Source: Octopus sinensis (taxonomy: Eukaryota). From it: 64,000 bases of DNA. This document shows, one piece after another, positions 51,580 to 64,000 of this stretch. The stretch covers positions 163,494,001-163,558,000 of the forward strand of contig NC_042997.1 in assembly GCF_006345805.1 (NCBI RefSeq), read 5' to 3'. The notes under the pieces were generated by a model that was given only the letters and a program-made list of their open reading frames with translations, ran no database searches and was not told the DNA's origin. The translations under genes were made by a program, and so were the position numbers. How positions within the stretch are numbered: position 1 is the first letter of the stretch; each line of letters begins with the position of its first letter.

Positions 51580-51720
51580 GTGCAGGCATTGCTGTGTGAT
51601 TAGGAAGTTTGCTTGCCAACCACATGGTTTTTTCAGTCTCCACTAGTTGGCATTTACTAGATCCTGGGCCAACCAAAGCCTTGTGAGTGGATTTGGCTGG
51701 TAGAAAAATGAAAGGAACTC
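51580..51720 (+). mobile_element. SINE family A 5' half (similar heads at 53395-53515, 54705-54870, 55305-55470; - head at 44101-44162)
   Basis: Degenerate family A head motifs. Confidence 0.72.
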
Positions 51721-52179
51721 ATCATACATACACATACATATGTATAAGTATATATGTGTGCATGTATGTGTTTGTGTATGCATGTGTGTATGTGAGGGGT
51801 GTGTGATTTCTCTTTGCCTTCATATCATACACTAGTTATAAATGAGCCTCACTGTCATACAAGTCCTGCTTTCATTCCCAGCCTCTCACAGAACCATGTT
51901 TGGTCATATGGAAATATTACCTTGCTTGAAAGCAGTTGCGGGTTGGTGACAGGATGGGCATCAAGCCATAAAAAAATTCGCGTCAGCAAATTATATCTGA
52001 CCCATGCAGGTATAAATAGTGGACATTAAGTTGGCATTGACAGTAGCAGTGATGGTGATTGATATAAGTGGTTAGCAATGATAAAGAGATATATAAAGAT
52101 AACATCTTGTTTTCAAATTGTTTATGAAATTATAGACTTGATAGTTTTTATAACATTTTGGTTTTTCGATATTATGGTC

Positions 52180-52746
52180 ATGGGGTGCCATACTGAAGTG
52201 TTTCTGTTTACTGTGGAAGGAGTAAACCCAGGAAGACATAGGACGAGGTGGTGAAGCATGATCTCTGAACATTGGGCCATGTGGAGGCAATGACAAGTGA
52301 CCGAGGCCTTTGGTGATATGCTGTGCTTGAGAAGACCCATCAAGCCAAATGAAATCATAGTCATGGTCAATGCCTGTGTTATGTAACTGGCACCAGTGCT
52401 GGTGGCATGTAAAATGCACTCTTTAAACATTGGGCCTTATGGAGGCAATGATAAGTGACTGAGACCTTTGGTGATATGCTGTGTTTAAGAAAGCCCATCA
52501 AGCCAAGTGAAATCGTAGCCATGGCTGATGTCAGTGTCATGTAACTGGTATCCATGCTGGTGGCATGTAAAAAGCATCCATTACACCTGTAGAGTGGTTA
52601 GTGTTAGGAAAGGCATCCAGCTATAGTAACCATGCTAAATCAGATTGGAACCTGGTGCAACCCTCCACCTTACCAGCTTTAGTAAAACCATCTAACTCAT
52701 GCCAGCATGGAAAGTAGACACTAAATGATGATGATGATGATAATGA
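52180..52746 (+). mobile_element. Older RTE 3' fragment with a ~157-bp tandem duplication and (GAT)n tail
   Basis: Translates PRKT*DEVVKHDL*TLG..MTSDRGLW*YAVLEKT, homologous to the end of the 35.5-kb ORF. Confidence 0.82.
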
Positions 52747-55045
52747 AGAGACCTGATCTGTTATCCTGTTTAGCACCACCATTGAATCCTTGGGCACATT
52801 TAGCAGACTCTACTCTGTTACAAGTAGTTGGTCCAGAGTTTTGGTATTTTTTTGTCTCACACCAGGCTTAGACACTCTGCAAATAACTGAACCATAAAAA
52901 AATTTTTTTAATCAAAATTTTATTATTTCCTTATGAAAACATTTGAAAATGTTACATCATTTACTACCTTGTATGTAAATGAAACTGCTTAAATTCAAAT
53001 TGTGTTTACAGTTATAATATGTTGGCTATCGCAAAACTATCATATGACTGACTGCTGTCATAAAGGTAACTGATGTCTTAATGTAAGGAATAAGTTAACA
53101 CAAATCCATAAATGTATCTTATTGCCTTGGTTTTTTTAAATCACAAACCTGTTTCTATGTATAGTTTCTCTAAAACTATTTGTTTTATTTTTGAATCTTT
53201 AGAAATATTTTAAGGAAGTTTTCTTTGAATGTTATTCTCTATTTTAGTTCTCTAATTTTCTCATCTTTAGATGTAGAAAAATTGAAAGCTAGATTTATGT
53301 ATTTCATTGATTTCAGAAAAAATACTTTATCTTATTAAATGTGTTTTGTATGAAAACTATATATAAGGTGTACAATATGGATAACCAGGTACATAGACAG
53401 AGGTGTGACTGTGTGGTAAGAAGTTTGCTTCCCAACTGCATGGTTCCAGGTTCAGTCCCACTGCATGGTGCCTTGGGCAAGTGTTCTTCTACTATTTCCC
53501 CAGACTAACCAAAGTAGCATTCATCATCATTATTTCAGTACCCCAAGACTTGTAGAAGAAAGCTATTCTCTGCCTGGAGAACTGGTTTGAATGCTTGCAA
53601 CTGAATGAACTCTACTGAAATCATCTAAGGATTTGGTGGTGATGCTGAACTGACTAAAAGATTAGGTCTACCAATCAATACTGCAACACAAAGGTTTTTG
53701 TGGTAAAAACATAGTCCAATATTTTGCTGTTCATGCCTTCTGCTTATCTTAAAGACCTCTAGGCCTAACACCACCATTTTGTCCTTTAGTGAAACTCACT
53801 CTGTTGTAACCATTCAAACCAGACTTACAATTCTCTTCCTACCTATGGTTTTTTTAGCCTGGCATTAGTCACTTCAGTCTTTCCAGTCTGAGAGAGACCA
53901 TAAAAATTTATATTTAAGCCATCTTCTCAAACCCCACCCCCACCAAAAAAAAAAAACTCCCAAAACTCAGTTCTTTAAGGATATAATATTAAGGAACTTG
54001 GGTATTATTTCTAGCAGGTTGAATAAATACATAGAGGCTCTTTTGGTGTCATATTACACCATGGCCCTTTGTTTATATTTTCATTTGTCTGTGGTTTGAC
54101 AAAGTACTAGGGAATTTGAGTGTCTTCATCTGAAGCTGAAAACAAAAGAATGTATAACCTTAAAAACACTTACTTTATTTGGTGCCTGTCTCTTGGTCCA
54201 TCCTCTCCTGAAACAATATCAAACATATTTTACTTCTCAAGTTACTGAATAATTGCTACTTATACATTCTTCTCAAACATCCTTGTGTCAGTAGCTTGTT
54301 AGTGAAACTGCTTAATTTTGTACGTTTTATTTATTGTTTAAATACTGATTGGATGATAGTATAGAGGCTGCTTTTTCATATATTTTACCTAGCAACAGAA
54401 TCTTCTCAGATTTGCTCCAAGTCTTGAACTGGATTTATTTCTTGTTTCTGTACTGTAATGGAATATACCAGGCATCATTAACATCATTAGATTTCCTCAA
54501 ATAATTTGAATCTGCGAAATACAGGAGCGGAGGAATATTTTGTTTTTAGAAAACTGTGAGAGCTTACCACTATATTGACCTCTAAGACAAGAAATTTTAC
54601 CACCACACAAAAAAGACAAAAACAAAAACAAAACTAAAAACAGAATAAGTTTATATGATAAGGATCATGAGGAAGTTAAAAAATATGGTTTTAAAAATTA
54701 TGGCCCAGACATGGCTGTGTGGTTAAGAAGTTGGCTTCTCAACCATGTGGCTTCAGATTCAGTTCTGCTACATGGCAACTTGGGCAAGTGTCTTTTATTA
54801 TAGGCTCAAGTTAATCAATGTCTTGTGAGTGAATTTGGTTGAGAGGAACTGTGCAAAAAGCCTGTTGCATGCATGCATGTGTGTGTATATGTGTGTGTAA
54901 ACCAACAAACCAAAAAGTAAAAAACAAAAAAAAAAACTTATTAGGGTTTCAGCCTTCTTCTTGTGTTGATTAGTGCTGTAATAAATTTTGTTTTTGTGAT
55001 GAGCAGTGACCCACTGTATGATTTAATCTTTCTTTTTGATTAATG

Positions 55046-55270
55046 TGGAGGTGTATGGCTTAGTGGTTAGGGTATTGGACTCATGATTGTAAGATTATAG
55101 TTTCGATTCCTGAACTGGGTGACACGTGTTCTTGAACAAAACACTTCATTTCACGTTGCTCCAGTTCACTCAGCTGGCAAAAATGAGTAACCCCGTGACA
55201 GACCATGTGGGGAATATATATGCCATAGAAACCAGGAAACCGACTTTATGGTTCAGGAAAGAACTTTACT
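55046..55270 (+). mobile_element. SINE family B
   Basis: tggaggtgtatggcttagtggttagggtattgg...gtttcgattcc tRNA-like head. Confidence 0.8.
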
Positions 55271-57480
55271 TACTTTTAGTTAATAAAGTTGTGGAGATAC
55301 TTGGAGTAGGATTAATGTGTGGTGTGGTTAAGAAGTTTGCTTCCCAAACTCATGGTTTCAGGTTCAGTCCCACTGCATTGCACCTGGGCGAGTGATTTCT
55401 GTTATAGTCCTGGACTGACTTAAGCCTTTTGAATAGATTTAATATATGGAAACTGAAAGAAGCCCATCATATATATGTGCATGTGTGCTGTGTCTTCTTG
55501 TCTTGATATTACATTGTCATGCAGTCCTTTTCATTTCCAGTCTTCTGTGAAAGTTTTAACATACTTGGGAGAAAAGTAAGAGTTGGTGATAGGGAGGGCA
55601 TCTGGTCATAGAAAATCTGCTTCAACAAATTCCACCTGACCCATGCAAGCATGGAAAAATAGACATTAAAATGATTATGATGATGATGTACTTAAAACAG
55701 AGGGTATCACTGTGGTTTAGTAGCAGAAATTGGTCAGCATTCCTTCCCATTATTTCTGAGATCCTTGAAAATGTAGTGGTTAGCAAGATTCTAAAATACC
55801 AAGCAAACAAGTAATATCTAATGAAGGAAATTTTCTCTTCATTGAATTTATTTCATGTCATTGCATTTTCCTTATATAATAAAAAAATATGTGGTACCAT
55901 TACAAATAAAAAAAATGTGGAGTTTTCCATAGTTTCTGTCGAATTTAAATTCTGTTGGTTTCCATAGTTTCTGTTGAACTTAAATTCTGTTGAATAAAAT
56001 TAAATAACAGGATTTCATAGATGCAACTGATTAAAATTTGGTTAAAATTATCTTTGAAAATTATTTTTAAAGAGCCAGATTTACTGCGTCAATAAAGGAG
56101 CTGCTGCATGGTCAGTCATCTTGTAAGAAATAGCTGTATCACATCTGCCACCTTAAATAAGAAAATAATACCTTAGAAAATGAGGTCTTACATACTCTGA
56201 AAAAAACTGGGTGGTCATAGCTGAAATACCTTTGATCACTGTTTTTCTCAATCAGGACTGGCCAAGAGCATAAAATAACAACAACATACAGACTATTTTG
56301 GTGACTTTTGATCCTAGTAGCTGTTTTACTACAAAAACGGTCACTGATTTGAAAGAAATAATGTTTATTAACAATTTCTTTCATGCTTGTTAAATTTCTA
56401 GTTCATTTAATGTTTCAATTCACCTTTCTTTCAACATTTTTAGTTCTCCTCTATGTAAATTGCCTAACCACTCTTCTCAAATATGATAAAATTGCTCTAA
56501 AACCTGTGCCTGATTTGGCTGAATCCATAGTAGCTTCCAAAATGCCAAAATATTTTCCTATTCTTTCATACTCAATAATTTTTAAAATATTTTAGTGGAA
56601 AAATATAAAATTACTCAAATTTTATATCTTTCAAATTATTTAAATTTTTGCAGTTGTCAAATTTCCACCTGTTTTATTATTCACTTTCTCTTTTCTTGCG
56701 GTTCTTCTTTTTCTCCTTGTTTTAATGTAGTTATGTATACATTTTGTCACTTTAGCATTTAAAAAGTGAGATAGACAGGATGGTTGATATTTATGTTACA
56801 TTTATATGTTGAAGCACTATATATATGTTTGAACTCAGATGAGGTTGAGGACAAATGTAGAAGTGGGTGGGGTGTAGAGAAAAGAAAGGAAAGAAAAAGT
56901 GAAGGAATTTAAACAGAAGGTTGCAAATAGTATATATCTATATATTCAGTGAACTAAAGTGGAAATCATAACAGTGACCAGGAGTGATTAATAATTACAG
57001 AGTTAAATGTAGTTTCTCTTGGTAAAATGATTTCACTTTTGAATTGCCTTTAGCCTTTAATTTCCAACATAGATAACTACAAATTTTCCTTGCATCCTTT
57101 TGCACACTGATTTTCTATGACCATGGTGACAACAAATATTTTATTTCAGTCTTGGAATGAACTGGTAGATGTTTATTTGCCTTTTATGTATAGTTGATAA
57201 TTCTCCTGATATATGTGTGACTTACCATTTTATCTTCATTTATAGATCTTCAAAAGAGGAATTTGTTGATACATTATATTGATATTATTAGATAATACTC
57301 CTTCAATTGTATATTAGCTGTTCTATAACTTGGAAAACTCAGGGCAATTGTATTAAGTATATATAACAGATAATCCATGTTGATGTGAATATGGTTTCTC
57401 ATTTTAGCTTTGTTTAAGTATTGGCAAAGTTGGATAGAATTCAAAGTGATTTGTTATGTTGTTAATATTAGACAGTGTTG

Positions 57481-57697
57481 AAGGCGATGAGCTGGCAGAA
57501 TCGTTAGCATGCCAGGTAAAATGTTTAGCAGCATTTTGTCTGTCTTTATGTTCTCAGTTCAAATTTCACTGAGGTCGACTTTGCTTTTCATCCTTCTGAG
57601 GTTGATAAAATAAGTACCAGTTAAGCATCGATGTCGATAACATTGACTTATCCATCCCCTCAAACTGCTGGTCTTGTGCCAAAATTTGAAACCAATA
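57481..57697 (+). mobile_element. SINE family C
   Basis: aaggcgatgagctggcagaatcgttagc...gtgccaaaatttgaaacc. Confidence 0.85.
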
Positions 57698-58464
57698 TTA
57701 GTATTAACTCTTTCAAAAGCCTAGAAATCCTTAAACTTGCATTGGGTGGTTAATGGAAGCTAAATTGTCTCTTTACATTAATATTGAATAATATTGGCAT
57801 TTTTCCATTTACTGAAAAAGATATCTTAATTTTAGGTAGGCAGAAGTGACATCTCTAGTCAAATTGGAATAAGATTGGCATGTTAAGTGGAAAAGTTTGA
57901 TGTTGAGTTGGTAAAGTTGCTCATTCTGTATGCTAACTTTCTATTATTTATTTATTTATTTAATAAATTAAATAGCAAAGCCATTTGCATGCACTATGAA
58001 AGTCTTTACTATGTTTCTTTTCAATACATTGGGAACATTTATTCCTAAGTTTACAAATTCTGTATTAGTTTTAAAAAAATCCAAGAATGGTGACCGCATT
58101 AAACATTCATTAATGACGTCTACTGGGAGAATCTAAACTGCGAGACTAAAAGGTGAAAGGTTGAGATCAAAGCTATGCTCAACATTTACATAGGGTTACA
58201 TTTTGCATGTATAATTACTTGAGAAATAAAAAATTTATAATGTAAAGGAAATAATTTTATTGGCGTTTCAGAATAGGTTACTAAGTATATACAATTCACT
58301 GAAAAGTTCTAAAAAAAGACAAAACGAAAAATATTCCAGTAAAATTTATTCGAAAAAGAAAGAATCTTGAACAGGCCGACTGATATTTTTATCGTCTGCT
58401 ATTCGCGAACTATTTACGTTATTTCATATATCAGTGCGTAGTATTAGCAAGTAGGATACTGTCA

Positions 58465-58478
58465 GTTACCATGGTTAC
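58465..58478. promoter_or_regulatory. RFX X-box-like motif GTTACCATGGTTAC in a CpG-retaining zone
   Basis: One mismatch to the established GTNRCC-N(0-3)-RGYAAC consensus; unique sequence with many CpGs around it. Confidence 0.42.
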
Positions 58479-59239
58479 ATAACTGCCTAGCGTGCTTCTT
58501 AGTTAACCTTCTCGCTAATTTGATCCTTCCGCATCAAAATAACTTCCTCACACTATTGAGTTTCTACCATGGTATTCCACCCCCTCTATAATCATTAACA
58601 TCATTTTTTTGTATGTCAGCTTCTCAGTTTTCTATGTATCTCTTCTTTTATTATATTTATTTCTCCCACTTTATTCCTCTCACTTTATATGTACTGTTTC
58701 TCTCACCCAGTATTATTCTCTCCCTTCCTCCGTCTGCTACGTACGCAATCTAATTTCTCTTGTATCTCACTCTCGTCCATTCTGTCCTCCAGGAAGGAAG
58801 CAGTTGTCGGCTGCTTCCTCGTTTTCTTGTTTTTGTCTATGTCTATCCTTTTTCTTACTCTCTCTCTCTCCTTGTAGTAACCATCCTAAATGTAATTAGG
58901 AAAATCCTTGTGTTTTGTTTACGATTATTATAAATTGATATTTCGAATCAAATACTTCCCTTATTACCGCGTATTTTTAAATGACTCTTGGAGAGTAATA
59001 TACATTGGCGACGGTAAGTTATTGTTCATTCAAATATGTTTTGCCAAAAATATTTCTTTTTCTTTTATTTAAAAGGATTTGTTTAGAATTTATTAAAAAA
59101 AAAAAAAATAACAATCCTATCACCTGATTCATTGACACATCTTCACATATTTAAAAAAAAAATTTCGTACCGGTTCAAGGTATAACACAAAAAGCCGGTA
59201 ATCTACGCCCGCACGCACACACACATACACGCACGCACA

Positions 59240-59272
59240 TACACACACACGCACGCACACAATAGGCATACA

Positions 59273-59325
<53 letters not shown>

Positions 59326-59537
59326 CTATCTATCTATCTATCTATCTATCTATATCTATCTATCTGTCAGTCTGTCTGTACATACATACACGCACTAGGC
59401 GATGTGCGTGTATATATAAATATATAATATATATACACATACACACACACACGCACACAATAGGCATACATATCTATCTATCTATCTATCTATCTGCCTG
59501 TCTGTCTGTCTGCACATACACGCACAAGGCGATGTGC

Positions 59538-59578
<41 letters not shown>

Positions 59579-59600
59579 CATACACACACATTTATACATG
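59240..59600 (+). repeat. Two-copy tandem duplication of a microsatellite cassette
   Basis: Linkers cacacaataggcatacatatctatc and aggcgatgtgcgtgtatatata each occur twice, about 200 and 130 bp apart. Confidence 0.85.
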
Positions 59601-59738
59601 CACATGCTTATATATATACACACAGATTATGCCTTCCCCCCTATACACACAAACATATTCACACACATCTATACATACACAGACATAAAACGATTCAAAA
59701 TCATTTCATTATTTGAAAATATGTCTTATATATATATG

Positions 59739-59790
<52 letters not shown>

Positions 59791-60924
59791 GAGGATGAAT
59801 TATCATTCCCCCGATAATTGCAGCCCACACTATTCAGTTCAATAGTAGTTCGTTTGAGAAGAAAAGGATGATGATCAACTGTATGCCGGGCTTTAGTGTC
59901 ATGTTACGGCTACTTCGATTTATGCTCGATAGCAACTCTCATCTTAAAAAGTCTGAACACCTGTATTTCACGTGCTCTTTCACCCCTTTCTTCTTTATCT
60001 CAGTTTAAATTACACAGCATGAAGTCAAAAATTGCTTAATCGTTATCAGCTATTACATATTTCTTAAATGAAATAAGCGAGTAATACCTGATAACTTCTG
60101 GACATGGTATCCGAATCTTTACACGACAAGAAAAGAAATGAAACGAAGGCGAGAGACAGTCTTCAGCGGTTTGATGAATGAAAACAATCGAATTGTATTT
60201 TCAAATTGTTTTAGATCGATAAAATTAAAAGAGACTATTTCTCAATTTCTTCCGATTCGGTTTATACTTTTCCCTTTATTTTATCCTATTCTTCTGTCAT
60301 TATATTGATTTTTATTATATATTTTGTTTGACAAGTCATCAAACTGATTGGATCGCCGACCTGTGTTGAAGACTACTAAAGAGAGAAATGTATAAAGGAA
60401 TGCAGAAGAACGGTTGCAGCCTGCATTATTAGTTTGTTGTTTACTATGGGCTCAGTGGTTTTTTTTTTTAACTTCAATTAGTGATGATATCAGAAGCACT
60501 TGACTATGCCTATCTACCTACCTGTCTGTCTATATAGCTATTTGTCTATTAATCTGTCTGTTGTATGGCCGTCAATTTATTTATTTGTTTAAGGTTTATA
60601 AAATACTGCTATGTTAGCCTGCAGTCGTTGTTCCATTATTTTTTGGTTTTAGCAACAGAAATTATAAGGTTCAATTCTTCCGTCTGTAGTTAACTCATGA
60701 TATTCAAAAAAAAAAAAAAAAAAGTCGCACTTTGGGAATGATAATTGAAACTGATTTAACTGCATGCACTCGTATATTTTCATATTGCACAGACACTGGT
60801 ATCTGTGCCTTCAACATCTGTGGCACGGAGAGGGTAGACTTGCCTTGGCGGGGTTAACTTTCCAAGCGTAGTTCCATTGATTTAAATGACGCACAGTGTT
60901 TCCCCTCTGGTATATACATATTTG

Positions 60925-60955
60925 AAAGTAATCCCTCATTTTAAAGCGGATATCA

Positions 60956-60998
<43 letters not shown>

Positions 60999-61062
60999 GT
61001 ATGTATGTATATATATATATATATGTATTTAAAATGGCCGTTTTAAAATGAGGGATTACTTT
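60925..61062. repeat. 25-bp inverted repeats flanking a TA/TATG microsatellite
   Basis: aaagtaatccctcattttaaagcgg versus ccgttttaaaatgagggattacttt (1 mismatch). Confidence 0.9.
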
Positions 61063-61589
61063 TATCCTTTACTTACACTGATTACAAAGCTTTGCCTTCC
61101 AGTTTCTATCTTTCTGATCACAACGATTAGTTAAAACCTCACACAGTTTATTGTAATAGCAAATCCAATTATATTTCTCTTTTGAAATTTCCAATCCATC
61201 ACTGTAAGATAATATATCTTGCATAGTAAGTTGCTATTGATCTTAGTGATTTATTATCTATAATTATTTAGAAATCACAAAGGCATTAGGTACTTTAGCA
61301 GAAGAATTAGGACATTTTTGCTTCTGAGAGAGAGAGAGAGAGAGAGAGACTAATATTTTAGGAAATTAGAAAGGTATATATGCATATGCATATTTGTATA
61401 CATTTGTCTATAAATTGATGTGTCTGTGTGTATATATACATATATGTATACTACAGATTTTATATTACATTATATATTTATATATATATATATAATGTAA
61501 TATATGGTCTGCAATATACATGTTTTTATATATGTATACATTTGTATATGAATATATAATATATTTGAGTATATAGACGTGTATATATT

Positions 61590-61960
61590 CATCATCATCA
61601 TCATCACTTTATACCTGTTTTCCATGCTGATATGGGTAGAATAATTTGATAAAATTCAATGGGTCAGAGTAACACGTCTTGCTCCAGTGTCTTATTTTTG
61701 CATGGCTCTTCTCACACCAACCACTTTACAGAGTGTACTGGGTGCATATTGTGAATGCACAAGCACTATAGAAGTTGCTTTGCTGTTAGCAAGGTGAGAA
61801 AGCTCCATCTTTCATCTTGCTAACAGCAAAGTCCTGCATTGTCATAACTTGTATTAATCACCAATCACAGAGTGTTACTGGGTAATTTTTGTGGCACCAA
61901 CACTGTTGAGGTTGCCTTGAAACTTGCAAATTGAAAGTGAGCTTCCATGCTGAATGGAAC
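61590..61960 (-). mobile_element. Old RTE-type 3' UTR fragment
   Basis: (TCA)n tail, ttttccatgctgatatggg, aaccactttacagagtgtactggg repeated. Confidence 0.6.
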
Positions 61961-61999
61961 AGATTTATTGTGAGAGGATGGTGATGAAGAGAATAATGT

Positions 62000-62810
62000 G
62001 TTTGGGGTGGGTGTTATGAAAACAAAGGAGAAGAGATGGGGAAGAGTAATTTCAAGAATTAGTGTGAAGCAGAGCGGGGACAGAGTAAGTTGAGATGGTG
62101 GACTCAGTGATGAGTAGGTGGATGGGTTGGATCAGTTTGTTTGCCATGACAGCTTAGGGTGGGCAGTTTATGAAGGTTGGATTTACAAAGGTTTATTGTT
62201 GAAAGAGGGTTGTAAGAGACAAACTAACAGAGATATTGTTAGGGAAGCTGGTAATAAGGTGGAAAGTATTAGGTGGTTAGTGAGAGTTAGTTAGAATGAT
62301 AGGTGGGAAGGGTTGAGTAAGAGAACATATAATGCTACCCCACATTATGTATGGATGGGTAAAGTGATGCATGAAGGAAAAATAAAATAGAAAAGGTTAA
62401 TAGGTGGTATTAATGAGAGTCAAAGTGAAAAGGTGGTGGGAGGAAGTGGGGTTGAGTTGGAAGAGATGCAGTGTTACCCTACTTTTTGTATAAGTGGGTA
62501 AATTGGTGCATGGAAAAGAGACAAGATAATGGTGAAGGGCCAGGGTATATCTCAGAGAGTATGCCAAGAGAATCAGGGCGGGTGAAGGTTGGTAGAGTGC
62601 AATCCCCACTACTCAGGCTTCATGATTTGGGAGAAAAGAAGTGAGAGAGGTAGCGGAATATAGGTGATGGGGGTATGAGGAAGGGAGATATCCAGTATGC
62701 ATAAATCAAGTACTCACCTCTCAGTCTGGTTGGCGGGGCACAGTGAGCAGAAGAGATGAAGGGCAGATGAGAGGGTACAGAATAGACAGTTGTTAAGAGG
62801 ATAGATGGTG
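62000..62810 (-). pseudogene. Very decayed LINE (CR1/L2-like) fragment
   Basis: Purine-rich on +, unique GC-richer block; only weak RT C-terminal resemblance by eye. Confidence 0.35.
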
Positions 62811-62814
62811 AGTG

Positions 62815-63120
62815 AAACATCCTGCCTTGTTGCTTTCTTGTCTTTCACATGTCTTCTTTGCTGAAAGCCCATGTCTTGCTGCTGTGCAGCAATGCACTTT
62901 GCATGCAAGCATAAAAAATTCTTCCCTTGATCAAGATGGATAAGCACTTTGTTGCTTGCAAAGATAGTAGCTTCCTGAACTTGTTCTTATTCTAGCTACT
63001 ACTCTTTTGCAACATTCACCTCCACTGCTAATTTCGTCACATAAGTAGCAAAAGCTGTCAACTGCTTCTAGAAGCTGATCGCCATTTGAGAGTATCTGTT
63101 TCCCAAGCACTCTTATGCTT
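62815..63120 (-). pseudogene. Decayed RTE RT fragment
   Basis: LEAVDSFCYL.DEISSGG..VVARIR..KFRKLL..KGRIFYACMQSALLHSSKTW aligns by eye to the 35.5-kb ORF. Confidence 0.8.
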
Positions 63121-63203
63121 ACTGTCTCAGTACACCTGCTGCATATGAAATCTATTTTCTCTTTTAACCTGCCTTTGATGACACTACACCTTTTATGTGT
63201 CTA

Positions 63204-63468
63204 TTGACTGGCTTCTGTGCCGGTGGCACGTAAAAAGCACCAACTGATTGGGGCCACTGCCAGCCTCCCCTGGCACCTGTGCCAGTGGTACGTAAAAAGC
63301 ACCCACTACACTCACGGAGTGGAATGGCATCCAGCTGTAGAAACACTGCCAGATCAGACTGGAGCCTGGTGCAGCCTCCTGGCTTCCCAGACCCTGGTCG
63401 AACCGTCCAACCCATGCTAGCATGGAAAACGGACGTTAGACGACGACGATGATGATGATGATGATGAT
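63204..63468 (+). mobile_element. RTE-type 3' end with (GAC)n(GAT)n tail
   Basis: Near-identical to 23095-23350. Confidence 0.88.
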
Positions 63469-64000
63469 TGTTTATAATGTACTCACCTTACAGAATTTCT
63501 ACAAACTTTTTTATTGGAAGATTACAGTTATTTCCCTGATGATGAAAGTATTCTGACTTCCTTTGTTTTTGCTCAGTTTACTTTTAAGGACCTCCAATTT
63601 CATATTTTTATTTCTTAGTCTGGAACTTGTAAAATGATGATGATGATAAATATATTTATTATCGTGATGTTATAAACTCACATGAAATTAAATATATCTT
63701 CAAATTAGCTTAAAGATTTGAGCCCAAACACACATGCATGCTTTTTCTCTGTAATGATTCTTACCAGGAGCAGTTTCATTTTTGTTTCTTTGATGCTGTG
63801 TTTAATTCGTTTTGTAGTTCAACTTACGACACTTGAGATTAATAGCTTTGTGTATTAGTATTTACATTAAACTTTAAAGGCAACAGTTATTCCTGTTTAA
63901 CATCAAAATGGTAGCCACATGCAATAAGTTATTATCTTCCATTTTTGAAATTTTTTCAGTGTTTTATCTGGATTAAATATTTTAAAGATTAATTACAATA

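Noticed and set aside
55924-55993. 35-bp two-copy tandem repeat
   Set aside because: Real but an ordinary local slippage duplication with no further signal.

Overview
Eukaryotic, AT-rich, repeat-dense DNA. The SINE, RTE and MITE content and microsatellite load look like a cephalopod (Octopus-like) genome; this is inference, not a database result. There are no prokaryotic features and no true CRISPR array, and almost all listed ORFs are microsatellite or antisense-repeat noise. The window appears to be mostly intron of a minus-strand gene. Five small exons (10307-10424, 8568-8635, 3390-3488, 1904-2018, 947-1070) have GT-AG sites and splice in phase into a stop-free ~175-aa peptide that I cannot name. 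A CpG-retaining zone with an RFX X-box-like motif at ~58.1-60.9 kb may be the promoter. Transposon content: a young 5'-truncated RTE LINE with an intact RT ORF and a ~62-bp tandem array in its 3' UTR (34477-36923, -); R4/Dong-type fragments with a twin-priming-like inversion (25.6-26.7 kb); older RTE, RTE-X and CR1/L2-like relics; mariner and Tc1 remnants; TTAA-flanked piggyBac-like MITEs; non-autonomous Helitrons; and three tRNA-derived SINE families (my labels A, B, C). The most interesting observations are a type I hammerhead-ribozyme motif (28792-28859) in a Penelope-like insert inside a SINE's (TA)n tract, repeated use of that tract as a landing pad, and several fold-back palindromes (276 bp, 184 bp, 25-bp arms, 54 nt). 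Repeat boundaries are approximate unless stated.
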